The translations under genes were made by a program, and so were the position numbers. Source: Acidimicrobiales bacterium (GTDB lineage: Bacteria > Actinomycetota > Acidimicrobiia > Acidimicrobiales > GCA-2861595). Taken from it: DNA of 64,000 bases. The notes beneath the pieces are model-generated. The model worked only from the letters and a program-made list of their open reading frames with translations. It was not told the origin of the DNA and did not search any database. The stretch is taken from contig JAUJNQ010000001.1 in assembly GCA_030448025.1 (NCBI GenBank), positions 544,432-608,431 of the forward strand, read 5' to 3'. Below are positions 46,658-56,945 of the stretch, in pieces; within the stretch, counting starts at the first letter, position 1; every line of letters starts with the position of its first letter.

Positions 46658-48142
46658 CTAGTGGCCGGGCCCGCGGAGCTCATTGACGTCGCGAAGCTGG
46701 TCACTCAGCCACTTGGCCACGTCGTTCTCTCGGACGAGCGCGGCGGACGCGGCCAGGCGGTCTCGGCGTTCGGAGCCGTCCATGGTGAGGGCGGCGAAGA
46801 TGGCGTCGGCCTGCTGCTGGATGTCGAAGGGGTGCAACGTGACCGCGAACTCGCCGAGCTCCTCGTGGGCCCCCGCGTTCTCCGACAGGGCAAGCACGCC
46901 GTCGCGCTGGTTGACGAGGGCCGCCTCCTTGGCCACCAGGTTCATCCCGTCGGAGACGGGGTTGACGACGAGCACGTCGAACAACTTGTAGGCGGCCACG
47001 ACCTCGTCGAAGTCCCCCTCGAGGCTGAGCTCGATCGGCTGCCAGTCGGCCGTCCCGTGCTTGGCGTTGACGTCGTCGACGAGCCGGCGGACCTGCTCCA
47101 GGTAGTCGACGTACTCCTCGACGTCTTCGCGGCTGGGCTGGACCAGAGCGAGGAACGTCACCTGCTCCGCCAACTCGGGGTGGTCGTCGAGCAGGGTGTC
47201 GAAGGCCCTGAACCCCCGCAGGATGTTCTTGCTGGGGTCGGCGCGGTCGACGCGCACGATCAGGTGCTCCCGCCGCTTTTCTCCCAGGCGCCGCTCGTGG
47301 TCGGCCACCGCCGGTGAGGCGGCCGTGGACTCGAGCGCGTCCGCGTCCACCGAGATGGGGTAGTGGCGGGCGTGCACGCTGCGCTCCTCGACCTCGACGG
47401 TGAGGCGGTCCATGTCCACCTGCAGGCCCAGCAGCTCCTGGCAGCCGAGGAGGAAGTTGCGGGCGTAGCGGGCGGAGTGGAAGGCCACCACGTCGTTGCC
47501 GAGCACGCCGTTGAACACCGCCCGTCGCATGACCGGAGGCAGGACCCGCCAGGCGTCGGGGTGGGGCCAGGGTATGTGCACGAAGTGGTGAAGGAACACA
47601 TCGGGGCAACGGTCCCGTACCCGTTCCGGCACCAGGTACAAGTGGTAGTCCTGCACCATCACCGTGGCCCGGCCCCCACGGGCCTCCACCTCTTCGGCCA
47701 CCGCGTCGGCGAACCGGGCGTTGACCGGGACGTAGCCGTTGTCGAAGGCGTCCACCTCCCGGCGGGTGATGTCGGGCGTGTTGCCCAGGTCCCAGAGGTA
47801 GTGCTGGACGAACCACAGGAGAGGGTTCGAGATGATGGCGTAGAACTTGTGCTGGGCCTCCGGATCCAGCTCGACCATGCGGAGGAGCACGCCGGGGCCG
47901 CCTCCCTCGGGCTCGAAGGCCGCCCCGTCGTGTTCGCGTGTCACGGCCACGTCCTCTTCGCTCAACGCCGCGCAGACCCACACTGCATCCTCCAGGTGGC
48001 CGGCCAGCCCGCCCAGCGCCGTGACCAGCCCGCCGTGGCCGGGCTTGGCCGTGCGTCCGTCGTCGCCCCTGGTGTGCTCCAACGGGCCCCGGTTGGACAC
48101 CAGGATGAGGGGATCCTCGCCGATCCCTTCCGGCACGTCCAC
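46658..48142 (-). CDS. otsA: Trehalose-6-phosphate synthase (GT20)
   Basis: Contains LILVSNRGP, GGLVTALGG, HDYHLYLVP-type (QDYHLYLVP) and DGMNLVAKE. Confidence 0.9.
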   Translation of the reverse strand: MDVPEGIGEDPLILVSNRGPLEHTRGDDGRTAKPGHGGLVTALGGLAGHLEDAVWVCAALSEEDVAVTREHDGAAFEPEGGGPGVLLRMVELDPEAQHKFYAIISNPLLWFVQHYLWDLGNTPDITRREVDAFDNGYVPVNARFADAVAEEVEARGGRATVMVQDYHLYLVPERVRDRCPDVFLHHFVHIPWPHPDAWRVLPPVMRRAVFNGVLGNDVVAFHSARYARNFLLGCQELLGLQVDMDRLTVEVEERSVHARHYPISVDADALESTAASPAVADHERRLGEKRREHLIVRVDRADPSKNILRGFRAFDTLLDDHPELAEQVTFLALVQPSREDVEEYVDYLEQVRRLVDDVNAKHGTADWQPIELSLEGDFDEVVAAYKLFDVLVVNPVSDGMNLVAKEAALVNQRDGVLALSENAGAHEELGEFAVTLHPFDIQQQADAIFAALTMDGSERRDRLAASAALVRENDVAKWLSDQLRDVNELRGPGH

Positions 48143-48152
48143 CCCTGCCCCG

Positions 48153-49190
48153 TTATCCGTCGCTGTCGGAGGAGGCGCCGCTCAACCGTTCTCGGGCTTG
48201 GATGAGGTGATAGAGCAGGAGGAGTTGTGTCAGCGCCAGGGGCTCGTCGCGGGTGTCAGAGTCGGAGTCGAGCCTGCCGAGGGACTCGGGCAGCGGCGAG
48301 TCCACGCCGAGCTCATCCCATATCGCCGTCTCCACCTTGCTGGTGACCTCCGGGTCGGCGTGTGAGTGGATGTGAACGGCATCGACCGGCTTGCCGTCGT
48401 CGTCTCGGATGAGCTTGAGATGCATGGCCTGGTTGGTGTCGTCGCCGAGGATCGTGTGCAACTCCGGGTGGTCGATCGTCGGGCGGAGGAGGAGCGTGGC
48501 GCTGAGTGGGTCGTCAGCGGTCTGGCCCCGTTCTTCGATCGGAGCGAAGCGCACCACGATGTCGGCATAGGCGCGCTGGGGGCGGATGAACCTCTCGGAC
48601 TCGGGCTCTCGCTTCTTCAGGTCCTGGCGGACCTCGTCCTCGGTGTAGCCCCGCTTCTTGGTGTCGCGCGCCAGCTTCCAGGCGATGCGGATCTCTTCGG
48701 GCGGATCGAGGAACACGCTGACGTCGAAGCAGGCCCGCGCCAGCTCGGTGTGGAGGGGCAGCAGACCTTCGACGATCACGAACTCGCGGGGTTCGATGTA
48801 CTCCGGGCGCCCGAGCTTGCCTGTGTCGTGGTCGTAGACAGGCTTCAGGATGGGCTTCCCCAGGGCGAGATTCTGCAGATGCTGCTCCATGATGTCGATG
48901 TAGTTGCACTCGGGGTTGAGCGGCGTGAACGGCAGCGACTTGCGCTCTTCGCGGTCATAGCGGTGGTAGTCGTCGGCTCCGACGGAGGTGATGCGCTCCG
49001 GACCCAGGGCCTCGGCCAGCCCGGCGGTGATGGTGGTCTTTCCCGTGCCGCTGTCACCGGCGATGGCCAACATGATGGGCCGAAGCCCGCCGCCAGCCCC
49101 GTTGGCCCGGCCGGCCCGCAGGGCGTTCATCTCCTTGTCGGACATTGCCTTGTCGGACATGGCCTTGTCGGACATGGCCTTGTCGGACAT
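48153..49190 (-). CDS. Phosphoribulokinase/uridine-kinase family protein with an (MSDKA)4 N-terminus
   Basis: P-loop IAGDSGTGKTT, then ...YHRYDR...NYIDIMEQHL..LKPVYDH.TG...VIVEGL and a PRK-like C-terminal extension. Confidence 0.8.
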   Translation of the reverse strand: MSDKAMSDKAMSDKAMSDKEMNALRAGRANGAGGGLRPIMLAIAGDSGTGKTTITAGLAEALGPERITSVGADDYHRYDREERKSLPFTPLNPECNYIDIMEQHLQNLALGKPILKPVYDHDTGKLGRPEYIEPREFVIVEGLLPLHTELARACFDVSVFLDPPEEIRIAWKLARDTKKRGYTEDEVRQDLKKREPESERFIRPQRAYADIVVRFAPIEERGQTADDPLSATLLLRPTIDHPELHTILGDDTNQAMHLKLIRDDDGKPVDAVHIHSHADPEVTSKVETAIWDELGVDSPLPESLGRLDSDSDTRDEPLALTQLLLLYHLIQARERLSGASSDSDG

Positions 49191-49216
49191 GGCCTTGACA
49201 TGGCCTTGTCGGACAC
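49131..49216. repeat. 15-nt tandem repeat (six units, one truncated to 11 nt) spanning the start of the PRK-like gene
   Basis: The minus strand reads GTGTCCGACAAGGCC ATGTCAAGGCC ATGTCCGACAAGGCC ATGTCCGACAAGGCC ATGTCCGACAAGGCA ATGTCCGACAAGGAG. It begins 3 nt after the glgC stop. Confidence 0.85.
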
Positions 49217-49219
49217 TGG

Positions 49220-50497
49220 CTAGCTCCCGTCGTTGCCGTCGGTCGGGATCTTCTCGTCCTTGCCGATGACGACGATGCCGTTGTCGGACAACGTGAAGCG
49301 CTCGCGGTCTGCGTCAGGGTCCACCCCGATCCTGGCGCCGGGCGGCACCTCCACGTTCTTGTCGATGATGGCATTGCGCACCACCGCCCCCCGGCCGACC
49401 ACCACGTCGTGGAACAGCACCGACTGCTCCACCGTCGCATCGGGATGGATCGACACCCCAGGGGAGATGACTGATCCCTCCACGGTCGCGCCACGAACGA
49501 TCGCCCCTGCGCACACCATCGAGTTGAGGACCCGCCCCGTGCCCTCTGATCCCTCGAGCACGAACTTCGCCGGGGGGAGGGAGGGCCCCGAGGTGTGGAT
49601 CGGCCATCTCTGGTTGTAGAGGTCGAACTTCGGCTGCGCCGAGACCAGGTCCATGTGCGACTCGTAGTAGGTGTCGAGCGTTCCCACGTCGCGCCAGTAG
49701 CCCTGGTCGCCTTCGTCCTCGCCGGGGACCTGGTTGTCACTGAAGTCGTGGACGTGGGCGACACCCTGGTCCACGAGCATGGGGATGATGTCGCCGCCGA
49801 GGTCGTGGTCGGAGTGCTCGTCCTCGGCGTCGACGGAGACGGCCTCGGCCAGAGTGCTGGCGGTGAACACGTAGTTGCCCATCGAGGCGAACGCCCGGTC
49901 CGGATCGTCGGGAAGGGGGGCGGGGTCCGACGGCTTCTCCTTGAAGCTGCGGATGGCCGTGCCCTCTCCGGCCTCGATGACTCCGCTCTGGCTGGCTTCG
50001 TCGATGGGGACTCGCACGCCGGCCACGGTGACGCCTGCGCCGGTGTCGATGTGCTGTCCGACCATCTGGCGCGGGTCCATCCGGTAGACGTGGTCGGCAC
50101 CGAAGACGCATATGTACTCGGGCTTCTCGTCGGCGATCAGCTTGAGGTTCTGGTAGACGGCGTCGGCCGACCCGGCGAACCAGTGCGGGCCGCGGCGCAT
50201 CTGGGCCGGGACCGGGCTCACGAAGCTCCCGAGCAGGGGGGACATGCGCCAGGTGCGGGAGATGTGCAGGTCGAGGCTGTGGCTCTTGTACTGGGTGAGC
50301 ACGACGATCTTGAGATAGCCGCCGTTGGCCAGGTTGGAGAGCACGAAGTCGACGAGCCGGTAGTGCCCGGCGAAGGGCACGGCGGGCTTGGCCCGGTCGG
50401 CGGTCAGCGGCGCCAGCCGCTTGCCCTCACCCCCGGCCAACACGAGGGTGAGCACTCGGGCATCGGCCATAGGCGTACCGTACTCGCCGCTAGTCAT
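49220..50497 (-). CDS. glgC: Glucose-1-phosphate adenylyltransferase
   Basis: Contains [38 protein letters not shown] and a C-terminal left-handed beta-helix region. Confidence 0.9.
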   Translation of the reverse strand: MTSGEYGTPMADARVLTLVLAGGEGKRLAPLTADRAKPAVPFAGHYRLVDFVLSNLANGGYLKIVVLTQYKSHSLDLHISRTWRMSPLLGSFVSPVPAQMRRGPHWFAGSADAVYQNLKLIADEKPEYICVFGADHVYRMDPRQMVGQHIDTGAGVTVAGVRVPIDEASQSGVIEAGEGTAIRSFKEKPSDPAPLPDDPDRAFASMGNYVFTASTLAEAVSVDAEDEHSDHDLGGDIIPMLVDQGVAHVHDFSDNQVPGEDEGDQGYWRDVGTLDTYYESHMDLVSAQPKFDLYNQRWPIHTSGPSLPPAKFVLEGSEGTGRVLNSMVCAGAIVRGATVEGSVISPGVSIHPDATVEQSVLFHDVVVGRGAVVRNAIIDKNVEVPPGARIGVDPDADRERFTLSDNGIVVIGKDEKIPTDGNDGS

Positions 50498-50565
50498 CGT
50501 CGGCCCCGCCTGGTACTCATCTGGCCCTCATGGAAAGGGCTTGACCTGTCGATAGCCATTTCGAA

Positions 50566-53500
50566 GTGCCCACCGACCTGGCTGCCCCAGACGTGAACGA
50601 AGACGGCTCGGCCCCTTCGGCGCGCCGTCCAGCGCCACGATTCGCGAGGGACCAACGAGGCGGCGGCCGCCGGCTGGTGGCGCTGTTCGTCCTCCTGAGC
50701 CTCCTGCCTCTCGTCCTGCTCACCTACTCGAGCATCAACCTGTCCGATCGGGCGCTCCGCCGTGAGGTCGGGCACCAACTGACGAGCACTTCGACCGTGA
50801 GCGCGGCGTTCCTGGAGGGGCACATGAAGGGGGTGGCCGAGCTCACCGAGTCCTACGCCCAGCGTCCATTACTCATCCGCGCCCTCGGCGACGGCGATCC
50901 GGCGCGCTTCGACTCTGCCTTCATCCAGGCCCAGCTGTCCCAGCTCCAGCAAGCCCGAGGGGAGATCCAGGGCGCCTTCGTGACCGACCTCAGCGGCAGG
51001 CTCACCGACGTGGTCCCTCCCACACCGGAAATAGTGGGCAAGGACTTCAGCTTCCGGGACTGGTACAAGGGGATAACCGCCACCGGTCGGCCCTACGTCT
51101 CACGGGCTTATGAGACGGCTATCGAGGGCCATCAGCTGGTGGTCGCCGTCGGCACCTACGTGCGAGCTCCCGCCGTTGGCGGCGAGCCGGGGCGGCCCCT
51201 CGGCATCTTGGCAGTCACCTACCGTCTCGACGCCCTCCAGCGCTTCGCTGGCGACGTCGCCCGAGCCCAGGGCGGAGGGCTGACCCTCACGGATCAGGGA
51301 GGCCTGGTACTGGCCACGCCGGGCGGCGCACCCACGAGCCTTGTCTCCCTGGGGGAGGACGCCAGCGTCTCCGCTGCTCTTGAAGGTCGGTCGGGCCGGT
51401 CAACCAAGCGCGGCCCGGACGGCGACCAGCTCCTGGCATACGCGCCCGTCGACGACGTGGGCTGGGCCGTCACCGTCAGCCTCCCGGAGCGAACGGCCCT
51501 GGCCGGCCTGCGGACCCTGCGTTCCACCGTTCTGGGGATCGCCAGCGTGCTGGCCGTCGGCCTCCTCGCCGGCCTGTTCGTCGTGGCCCGCTCCGACCGA
51601 AGGCGGCGACGGGCCGAGGCCGAGCTGGCGTCCGCCCGAGACCAGGCCATGGAGGCGTCTCGTCTCAAGTCGGAGTTCCTCGCCAACATGAGCCACGAGA
51701 TCCGCACCCCCATCAACGGGGTGCTGGGCAGCGCCACGCTGCTCCGCGACACTGCCCTCGACGCAGAGCAGAGTGAGTACGCGGAGATGATCCGTCGCTC
51801 GGGAGAGTCTCTGCTCACCGTGATCAACGACATCCTCGACTTCTCCAAGGTCGAAGCCGGAAGGCTCGAGTTCGAGCACATCGAGTTCGACCTGCGTTCC
51901 GTGGTAGAGGGTTCCGCCGAGGTGCTGGCCGAGCAGGCCCACGCCAAGGGTCTCGAGCTCGCTTGCCTGATCCCTCCTCAGGTGCCCACGACGGTGCGGG
52001 GTGACCCCGGTCGGCTTCATCAGGTGCTGCTCAACCTGATGAGCAACGCGGTGAAGTTCACCGAGCAGGGCGAGGTGGTGGTCCGCGTGGTGGTAGCCGA
52101 GGAGAGCGCCGCTGGGGCAACTCTGCGGTTCGAGGTGACCGACACCGGGATCGGCATCAGCGATGGCGACCGTGACCGGCTGTTCGAGGCCTTCTCGCAA
52201 GCCGACACCACCACCACACGCCGCTACGGTGGCACCGGCCTCGGCCTGGCCATCTGTTCACGGCTGGTGGAGTTGATGAACGGGGCCATGGGCGTCGAGA
52301 GCGAACCGGGCAAGGGAAGCACCTTCTGGTTCACGGCCAGGCTGGAGATCGCACCCGAAGGCTCCATCACCCAGCTCCCGCCCCCCAGGGAGGACTTGAC
52401 GCACTTGCGGGTGCTGGTGGTGGATGACAACACGACCAACCGCACAGTCCTGGTGCAGATGCTTGCCGTGTGGTCGATGATTCCCGTCAGCGCCGCCAGC
52501 GGCCGCCAGGCCCTCGCCGTTCTCCGCGAGGCGGCGGCGGCCGGACAGCCATTCGAACTGCTCATCCTGGACTTGCACATGCCCGGCATGGACGGCCTCG
52601 AAGTGGCCCGCGCCATCGCTCGGGACCCGGACATCGCTTCAGTTCGGATCGTGCTCCTCGGGTCCTCGAGTGAGCGTGCCCATGCCCGCCGCGACGGTGA
52701 GACGGGCATCGCCGCTGAGATCACCAAGCCCGTGCGCCAATCCCAGCTCTACGACTGCCTGGCCACCGTCATGGCCGACGACCATGACCTCACGCCCGTC
52801 GTCACCCAGCGCCGTCTGAAGGAGAACCGATCCCTGCAAAAGGCCCGCCTGCTGCTCGCCGAGGACAACGTCATAAACCAGAAGGTGGGGGTCCGGATGC
52901 TGGAGAAGATGGGATACGGGGTCGACGTGGCGAGCACCGGCACCGAGGCCGTGCGAGCAGTGGCCACCGGGTCCTACGCCGCCGTCCTCATGGATTGCCA
53001 CATGCCCGTCATGGACGGCTACGAGGCCACGGCAGAGATCCGCCGCCAGGAGCGCGGTGGACGGCGAACGCCGGTCATCGCCTTGACGGCGTCGGCCATG
53101 GCCGGCGACAAGGAACGGTGCCTGGGCGTCGGCATGGACGACTACCTCTCCAAGCCCCTTCGCCACGACGACCTGGCCGCAGTCCTGTTGCAGTGGGTAC
53201 CGCCGACCCGTGAGGCCGCCTCCGGCCAGTCGGGACAAGACGGCGACAGCGGTACCAACCAGAGTTGCCGGTCGGCGGTCACCAGCTCCTCACCGGGGCC
53301 GATGGAGGACGCGGTCCTCGATCCTGGTCACCTGAAGGATCTGCGCGCGATGGCCGAAAGCGCTGGAGTGGATCTGCTCGGCGAGCTGGACGAAGTGTTC
53401 AACCGGGACGTACCCGTCCACCTGGAGGCACTCCAGGTCTCGCTGGCGAGTGGGGACCTTTCTGTCCTCCGGCAGGTGGCCCACAAGCTCAAGGGAACGG

Positions 53501-53667
53501 CTGCAGGGCTGGGAGCCACCGAAGCAGCGGCGGTGTGCGGTCGTCTGGAGGCCGCGGCCATCGACCATGAGCTCCAGGGCGCGGGAGCCCTCGTGGCAGA
53601 GGTGGAAGCACAATTCCGTCGGGTGGGCCGGGCGCTGCGCTCGGAACAGAGGACCGCCAAGCCGTAA
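50566..53667 (+). CDS. Hybrid sensor histidine kinase (Cache-like sensor, HisKA, HATPase, two REC domains, Hpt)
   Basis: H-box [16 protein letters not shown]-boxes DTGIGI and GGTGLGL, REC motifs VLVVDDN...[10 protein letters not shown] and LLLAEDN...[10 protein letters not shown], and a C-terminal Hpt motif [12 protein letters not shown]. Confidence 0.85.
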   Translation: MPTDLAAPDVNEDGSAPSARRPAPRFARDQRGGGRRLVALFVLLSLLPLVLLTYSSINLSDRALRREVGHQLTSTSTVSAAFLEGHMKGVAELTESYAQRPLLIRALGDGDPARFDSAFIQAQLSQLQQARGEIQGAFVTDLSGRLTDVVPPTPEIVGKDFSFRDWYKGITATGRPYVSRAYETAIEGHQLVVAVGTYVRAPAVGGEPGRPLGILAVTYRLDALQRFAGDVARAQGGGLTLTDQGGLVLATPGGAPTSLVSLGEDASVSAALEGRSGRSTKRGPDGDQLLAYAPVDDVGWAVTVSLPERTALAGLRTLRSTVLGIASVLAVGLLAGLFVVARSDRRRRRAEAELASARDQAMEASRLKSEFLANMSHEIRTPINGVLGSATLLRDTALDAEQSEYAEMIRRSGESLLTVINDILDFSKVEAGRLEFEHIEFDLRSVVEGSAEVLAEQAHAKGLELACLIPPQVPTTVRGDPGRLHQVLLNLMSNAVKFTEQGEVVVRVVVAEESAAGATLRFEVTDTGIGISDGDRDRLFEAFSQADTTTTRRYGGTGLGLAICSRLVELMNGAMGVESEPGKGSTFWFTARLEIAPEGSITQLPPPREDLTHLRVLVVDDNTTNRTVLVQMLAVWSMIPVSAASGRQALAVLREAAAAGQPFELLILDLHMPGMDGLEVARAIARDPDIASVRIVLLGSSSERAHARRDGETGIAAEITKPVRQSQLYDCLATVMADDHDLTPVVTQRRLKENRSLQKARLLLAEDNVINQKVGVRMLEKMGYGVDVASTGTEAVRAVATGSYAAVLMDCHMPVMDGYEATAEIRRQERGGRRTPVIALTASAMAGDKERCLGVGMDDYLSKPLRHDDLAAVLLQWVPPTREAASGQSGQDGDSGTNQSCRSAVTSSSPGPMEDAVLDPGHLKDLRAMAESAGVDLLGELDEVFNRDVPVHLEALQVSLASGDLSVLRQVAHKLKGTAAGLGATEAAAVCGRLEAAAIDHELQGAGALVAEVEAQFRRVGRALRSEQRTAKP

Positions 53668-53740
53668 AGGTGAAGGCTGAGCGCGCCGTGCGCCCGGCTC
53701 AAGCCCTGGGTGCTTACATCCGATGTCGTTTGTGGAATAG

Positions 53741-56700
53741 ATGGACTTCCTACACCTTCTCGACCACAGGAAGCAGCCCCTTGCGCTCTGTGACGGCAAC
53801 ATGACATCGGGCAGCCGCCCGTCCACCTTCGCCAAGCTGACGACGGCTGGCGTTGTCTCCACGGCGGGGGTGGCGGTGCTCCTCCTGGCCAACCCTGGGA
53901 CATGGGGTGCCAAGATCCTGGGCGACGGTGCCCAGCTCGTGGCGTCGACGCTGGCCGCCGGCGCCTGCCTGCGGGCTTCCCGCCGCCAGCCCCACCAAGC
54001 TCGAACCTGGTTGCTGCTCGGGATCGCCGCCCTGGCGTGGGCCGGAGCGGCGGCGATCTGGATGGCCTATGGCGTGGCCCGCCGTCACGTCTACCCCTTC
54101 CCGTCGGTGGCCGACATCGGGTTCGTCGGCTATGCCATACCTGCCGTAGCCGGGCTCCTCGCCTTTCCGCTCGGCCGGGGGCTGCTCGTGCAACGGATCC
54201 GCACCATCTTCGACGCGGCCGCCATCGGTACCGCCGTGCTGTTCTGCAGCTGGGCCGGCGTGCTCGGCCCCGTCTTGGACGCCCCGGCTACGCGGGCCCT
54301 GGTGAGGCTCGTCGGGGTGGCCGAGCCCATCGTCGACGTGGTGATCGTCTCCCTGGTGCTGGCCCTGGCCATGCGCATACGCCCCGGTGCCCGTCTCCCG
54401 TTCGCTTTCCTGGGCGGGGGCCTGCTCCTCCTGTCGGTGACCGACAGCGCCTTCGTGGCGGGGACGCTCAACGGCACCTATGAGTCGGGAACCATCCTGC
54501 GCGCGGGGTGGACGGGTGCGTGGTTGGCCGTGGCCGTGGCCACGGTTGCCCCCACACGGGCGCCGACCGAGGGGATCCCCCGGCTAACGGTGGGCCAGGA
54601 GCTCCTGCCCTACATGCCGTTGGGAGTCGCCGTCGTCATAACCGCCTTTCGCAAGGAGGCCCTGGCGGAGGATCCCGTCCTCCTCTTGCTGGGGGCGTTG
54701 GTCCTCTTCGTGGCCGCCGGCCGTCAGCTGGTCGTCATCCTGGAAAAGATCTCGCTGGCCAACGACCTCGAGGCCAAGGTCGATCAACGCACGGCCGAGC
54801 TGCGCAGCCAGAGCGAGCGCTTCGCGTCGCTCGTTCAGAACTCTTCGGACGTCGTGGCCGTGCTCGACGGCGAGGGTTACGTCATCTATCAGAGCCCGGC
54901 CGTCGAGAGGATGTTCGGCTATGACGCCACTCAGCTCACGGGTACGAGCTGGTTCGAACGCTTCCTCCCGGAGGACGAGGCGAAGCTGCACGCGATGATG
55001 GCCAGCGTGACGCCGCTGAGCGGGCGCAGTGCCACCTTGGAGACCACGGTGCTCGACGGCAACGGGGAGCGGCGAGCGGTCGAGGTGACCGCCACTAACC
55101 TCTGCCACGACCCGAGCGTGGGGGGCATGGTGTTGAACATGCGAGGGATCACCGAGCGCAAGGCGCTCGAGGTGCAGATGCGCCACCAGGCCTTCCACGA
55201 CTCGTTGACCGGCCTGGCCAACCGGGCCATGTTCGTCGATCGCGTGGTCCACGCCTTGGCCGCCTCGGAGCGCCATGGCCGGCCCGTGGCGGTCTTCTTT
55301 CTCGACCTCGACGAGTTCAAGGAGGTCAACGACAGCCTGGGGCACACCGCTGGTGACGAGCTGCTCGTGGAGACGGCGCGACGGCTACGAGAGCGTCTGC
55401 GGCCGTCCGACACCGTGGCTCGGCTCGGTGGCGACGAGTTCGCCATCCTCGTGGAGGACGTCGGCGAGCCGCAAACGCTGACGGCGGTCGCCGAGGGCGT
55501 ACTGGAGGGGCTTCGTGTACCGCTTTGCCTGGGTGGCCGGGAGTTCGTCATCGAAGCCAGCATCGGGATTGCCCTCAGTGGCGAGGACGGCCGAGATGTT
55601 GACGAGCTGCTCCAGAACGCCGATACGGCCATGTACGCGGTGAAGGCACGCGGCAAGAGCGGCTACGTCACGTTCAGTCCCGACATGCGCCTGGCTGCCC
55701 TCGCCCGGCTGGACCTGATGGCCGACCTGCGCCGCGCCATCGCCCAGGAGGAGCTGGAGGTCCACTACCAGCCCAAGATGTCGTTGGCCACCAACGAGCT
55801 GACTGGTTTCGAGGCCCTGGTCCGATGGACACATCCGGACCGCGGTCCCGTTCCTCCATCTGAGTTCATCCCTCTGGCGGAGCAGGCCGGTCTCATCGCC
55901 TCGCTGGGCACCTTGGTACTCGGGAAGGCCTGCCGACAGCTGGCCGCCTGGCAGCAGGACGGGGCGGACCGGGGCCTGACCATGGCGGTCAACTTGTCAG
56001 CCTGCCAGCTGAGGGAACCCGATCTGGTGGACCAGACCGCCGCCGTCTTCGCCGACACCGGTGTGGAGCCCGCCAACATCGAGCTCGAGATCACCGAGAC
56101 GGCGATCATGGACGACGTCCAGTCCGCCATCCCCGTGCTCGAGGCGCTCAAGAGCCTGGGCGTGTTCCTCTCCATCGACGACTTCGGCACCGGCTACTCC
56201 TCGCTCAACTACCTCAAGCGGTTTCCCGTCGACAGCCTCAAGATCGATCGAGCCTTCGTCGACGGGCTGGGCCGGAACCAGCAGGACTCCGCCCTCGTCA
56301 CTGCCGTCATCGCGCTGGCGAGCGCCCTCAAGATGACGTCGGTCGCCGAGGGAGTCGAGACCTTCGAGCAGTTCGTCGAGCTGCGGGCGCTCGGTTGTGA
56401 CGAGGCCCAGGGCTATTACCTTGGGCGCCCCGCCCCCGCCGCGTCGCTCCGACCGCTCGTGCTCGACCACGAACCGCGGTCCGAGCCGGTGCGGGCCGTC
56501 CGCAAGGTCCTGGTGTGTGACGACGATCCCCTGGTGCGGCTGGTCCACAGCACGGCGTTCAGGGCCGAGGGGGTGGAGGTGGCCGAGGCGGCTGACGGCC
56601 TCGAGTGCCTGGAGCGGGCTGAAGCCCTCCAGCCCGACCTCGTCGTGCTCGACCTGGACATGCCCAACCTCGACGGGATGTCGACGCTGACCGAGCTCCG

Positions 56701-56872
56701 GGCGCGCTCACCCCAGTGCCTGGTGGTGATCGTCACGTCCACGCCGGTGGACCGCCTCGCCGCCCAGGGACTGGGCCTGGGCGCGGCCGCCTTCTTCGTC
56801 AAGTCCGGTTTCGCCCGAGTCATCCCGCAGCTGTTGGCCGAGAGGAGTCGCCTGGCCGGGGTGGCCGCCTGA
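53741..56872 (+). CDS. Polytopic membrane sensor with PAS, GGDEF, EAL and REC domains
   Basis: About 9 helices, then PAS, RLGGDEFAIL (intact GGDEF) and EVHYQPK...FEALVRW...DDFGTGYSSL (intact EAL). A C-terminal receiver reads VLVCDDDP...LDLDMPNLDG. Confidence 0.85.
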   Translation: MDFLHLLDHRKQPLALCDGNMTSGSRPSTFAKLTTAGVVSTAGVAVLLLANPGTWGAKILGDGAQLVASTLAAGACLRASRRQPHQARTWLLLGIAALAWAGAAAIWMAYGVARRHVYPFPSVADIGFVGYAIPAVAGLLAFPLGRGLLVQRIRTIFDAAAIGTAVLFCSWAGVLGPVLDAPATRALVRLVGVAEPIVDVVIVSLVLALAMRIRPGARLPFAFLGGGLLLLSVTDSAFVAGTLNGTYESGTILRAGWTGAWLAVAVATVAPTRAPTEGIPRLTVGQELLPYMPLGVAVVITAFRKEALAEDPVLLLLGALVLFVAAGRQLVVILEKISLANDLEAKVDQRTAELRSQSERFASLVQNSSDVVAVLDGEGYVIYQSPAVERMFGYDATQLTGTSWFERFLPEDEAKLHAMMASVTPLSGRSATLETTVLDGNGERRAVEVTATNLCHDPSVGGMVLNMRGITERKALEVQMRHQAFHDSLTGLANRAMFVDRVVHALAASERHGRPVAVFFLDLDEFKEVNDSLGHTAGDELLVETARRLRERLRPSDTVARLGGDEFAILVEDVGEPQTLTAVAEGVLEGLRVPLCLGGREFVIEASIGIALSGEDGRDVDELLQNADTAMYAVKARGKSGYVTFSPDMRLAALARLDLMADLRRAIAQEELEVHYQPKMSLATNELTGFEALVRWTHPDRGPVPPSEFIPLAEQAGLIASLGTLVLGKACRQLAAWQQDGADRGLTMAVNLSACQLREPDLVDQTAAVFADTGVEPANIELEITETAIMDDVQSAIPVLEALKSLGVFLSIDDFGTGYSSLNYLKRFPVDSLKIDRAFVDGLGRNQQDSALVTAVIALASALKMTSVAEGVETFEQFVELRALGCDEAQGYYLGRPAPAASLRPLVLDHEPRSEPVRAVRKVLVCDDDPLVRLVHSTAFRAEGVEVAEAADGLECLERAEALQPDLVVLDLDMPNLDGMSTLTELRARSPQCLVVIVTSTPVDRLAAQGLGLGAAAFFVKSGFARVIPQLLAERSRLAGVAA

Positions 56873-56945
56873 GCCAAAGAGCTGCCCGACCGTTGCCTGT
56901 AGCCTCTTACTCACCGGCGAGTTCAAGAGAAGGGCGTTTCCCAAC

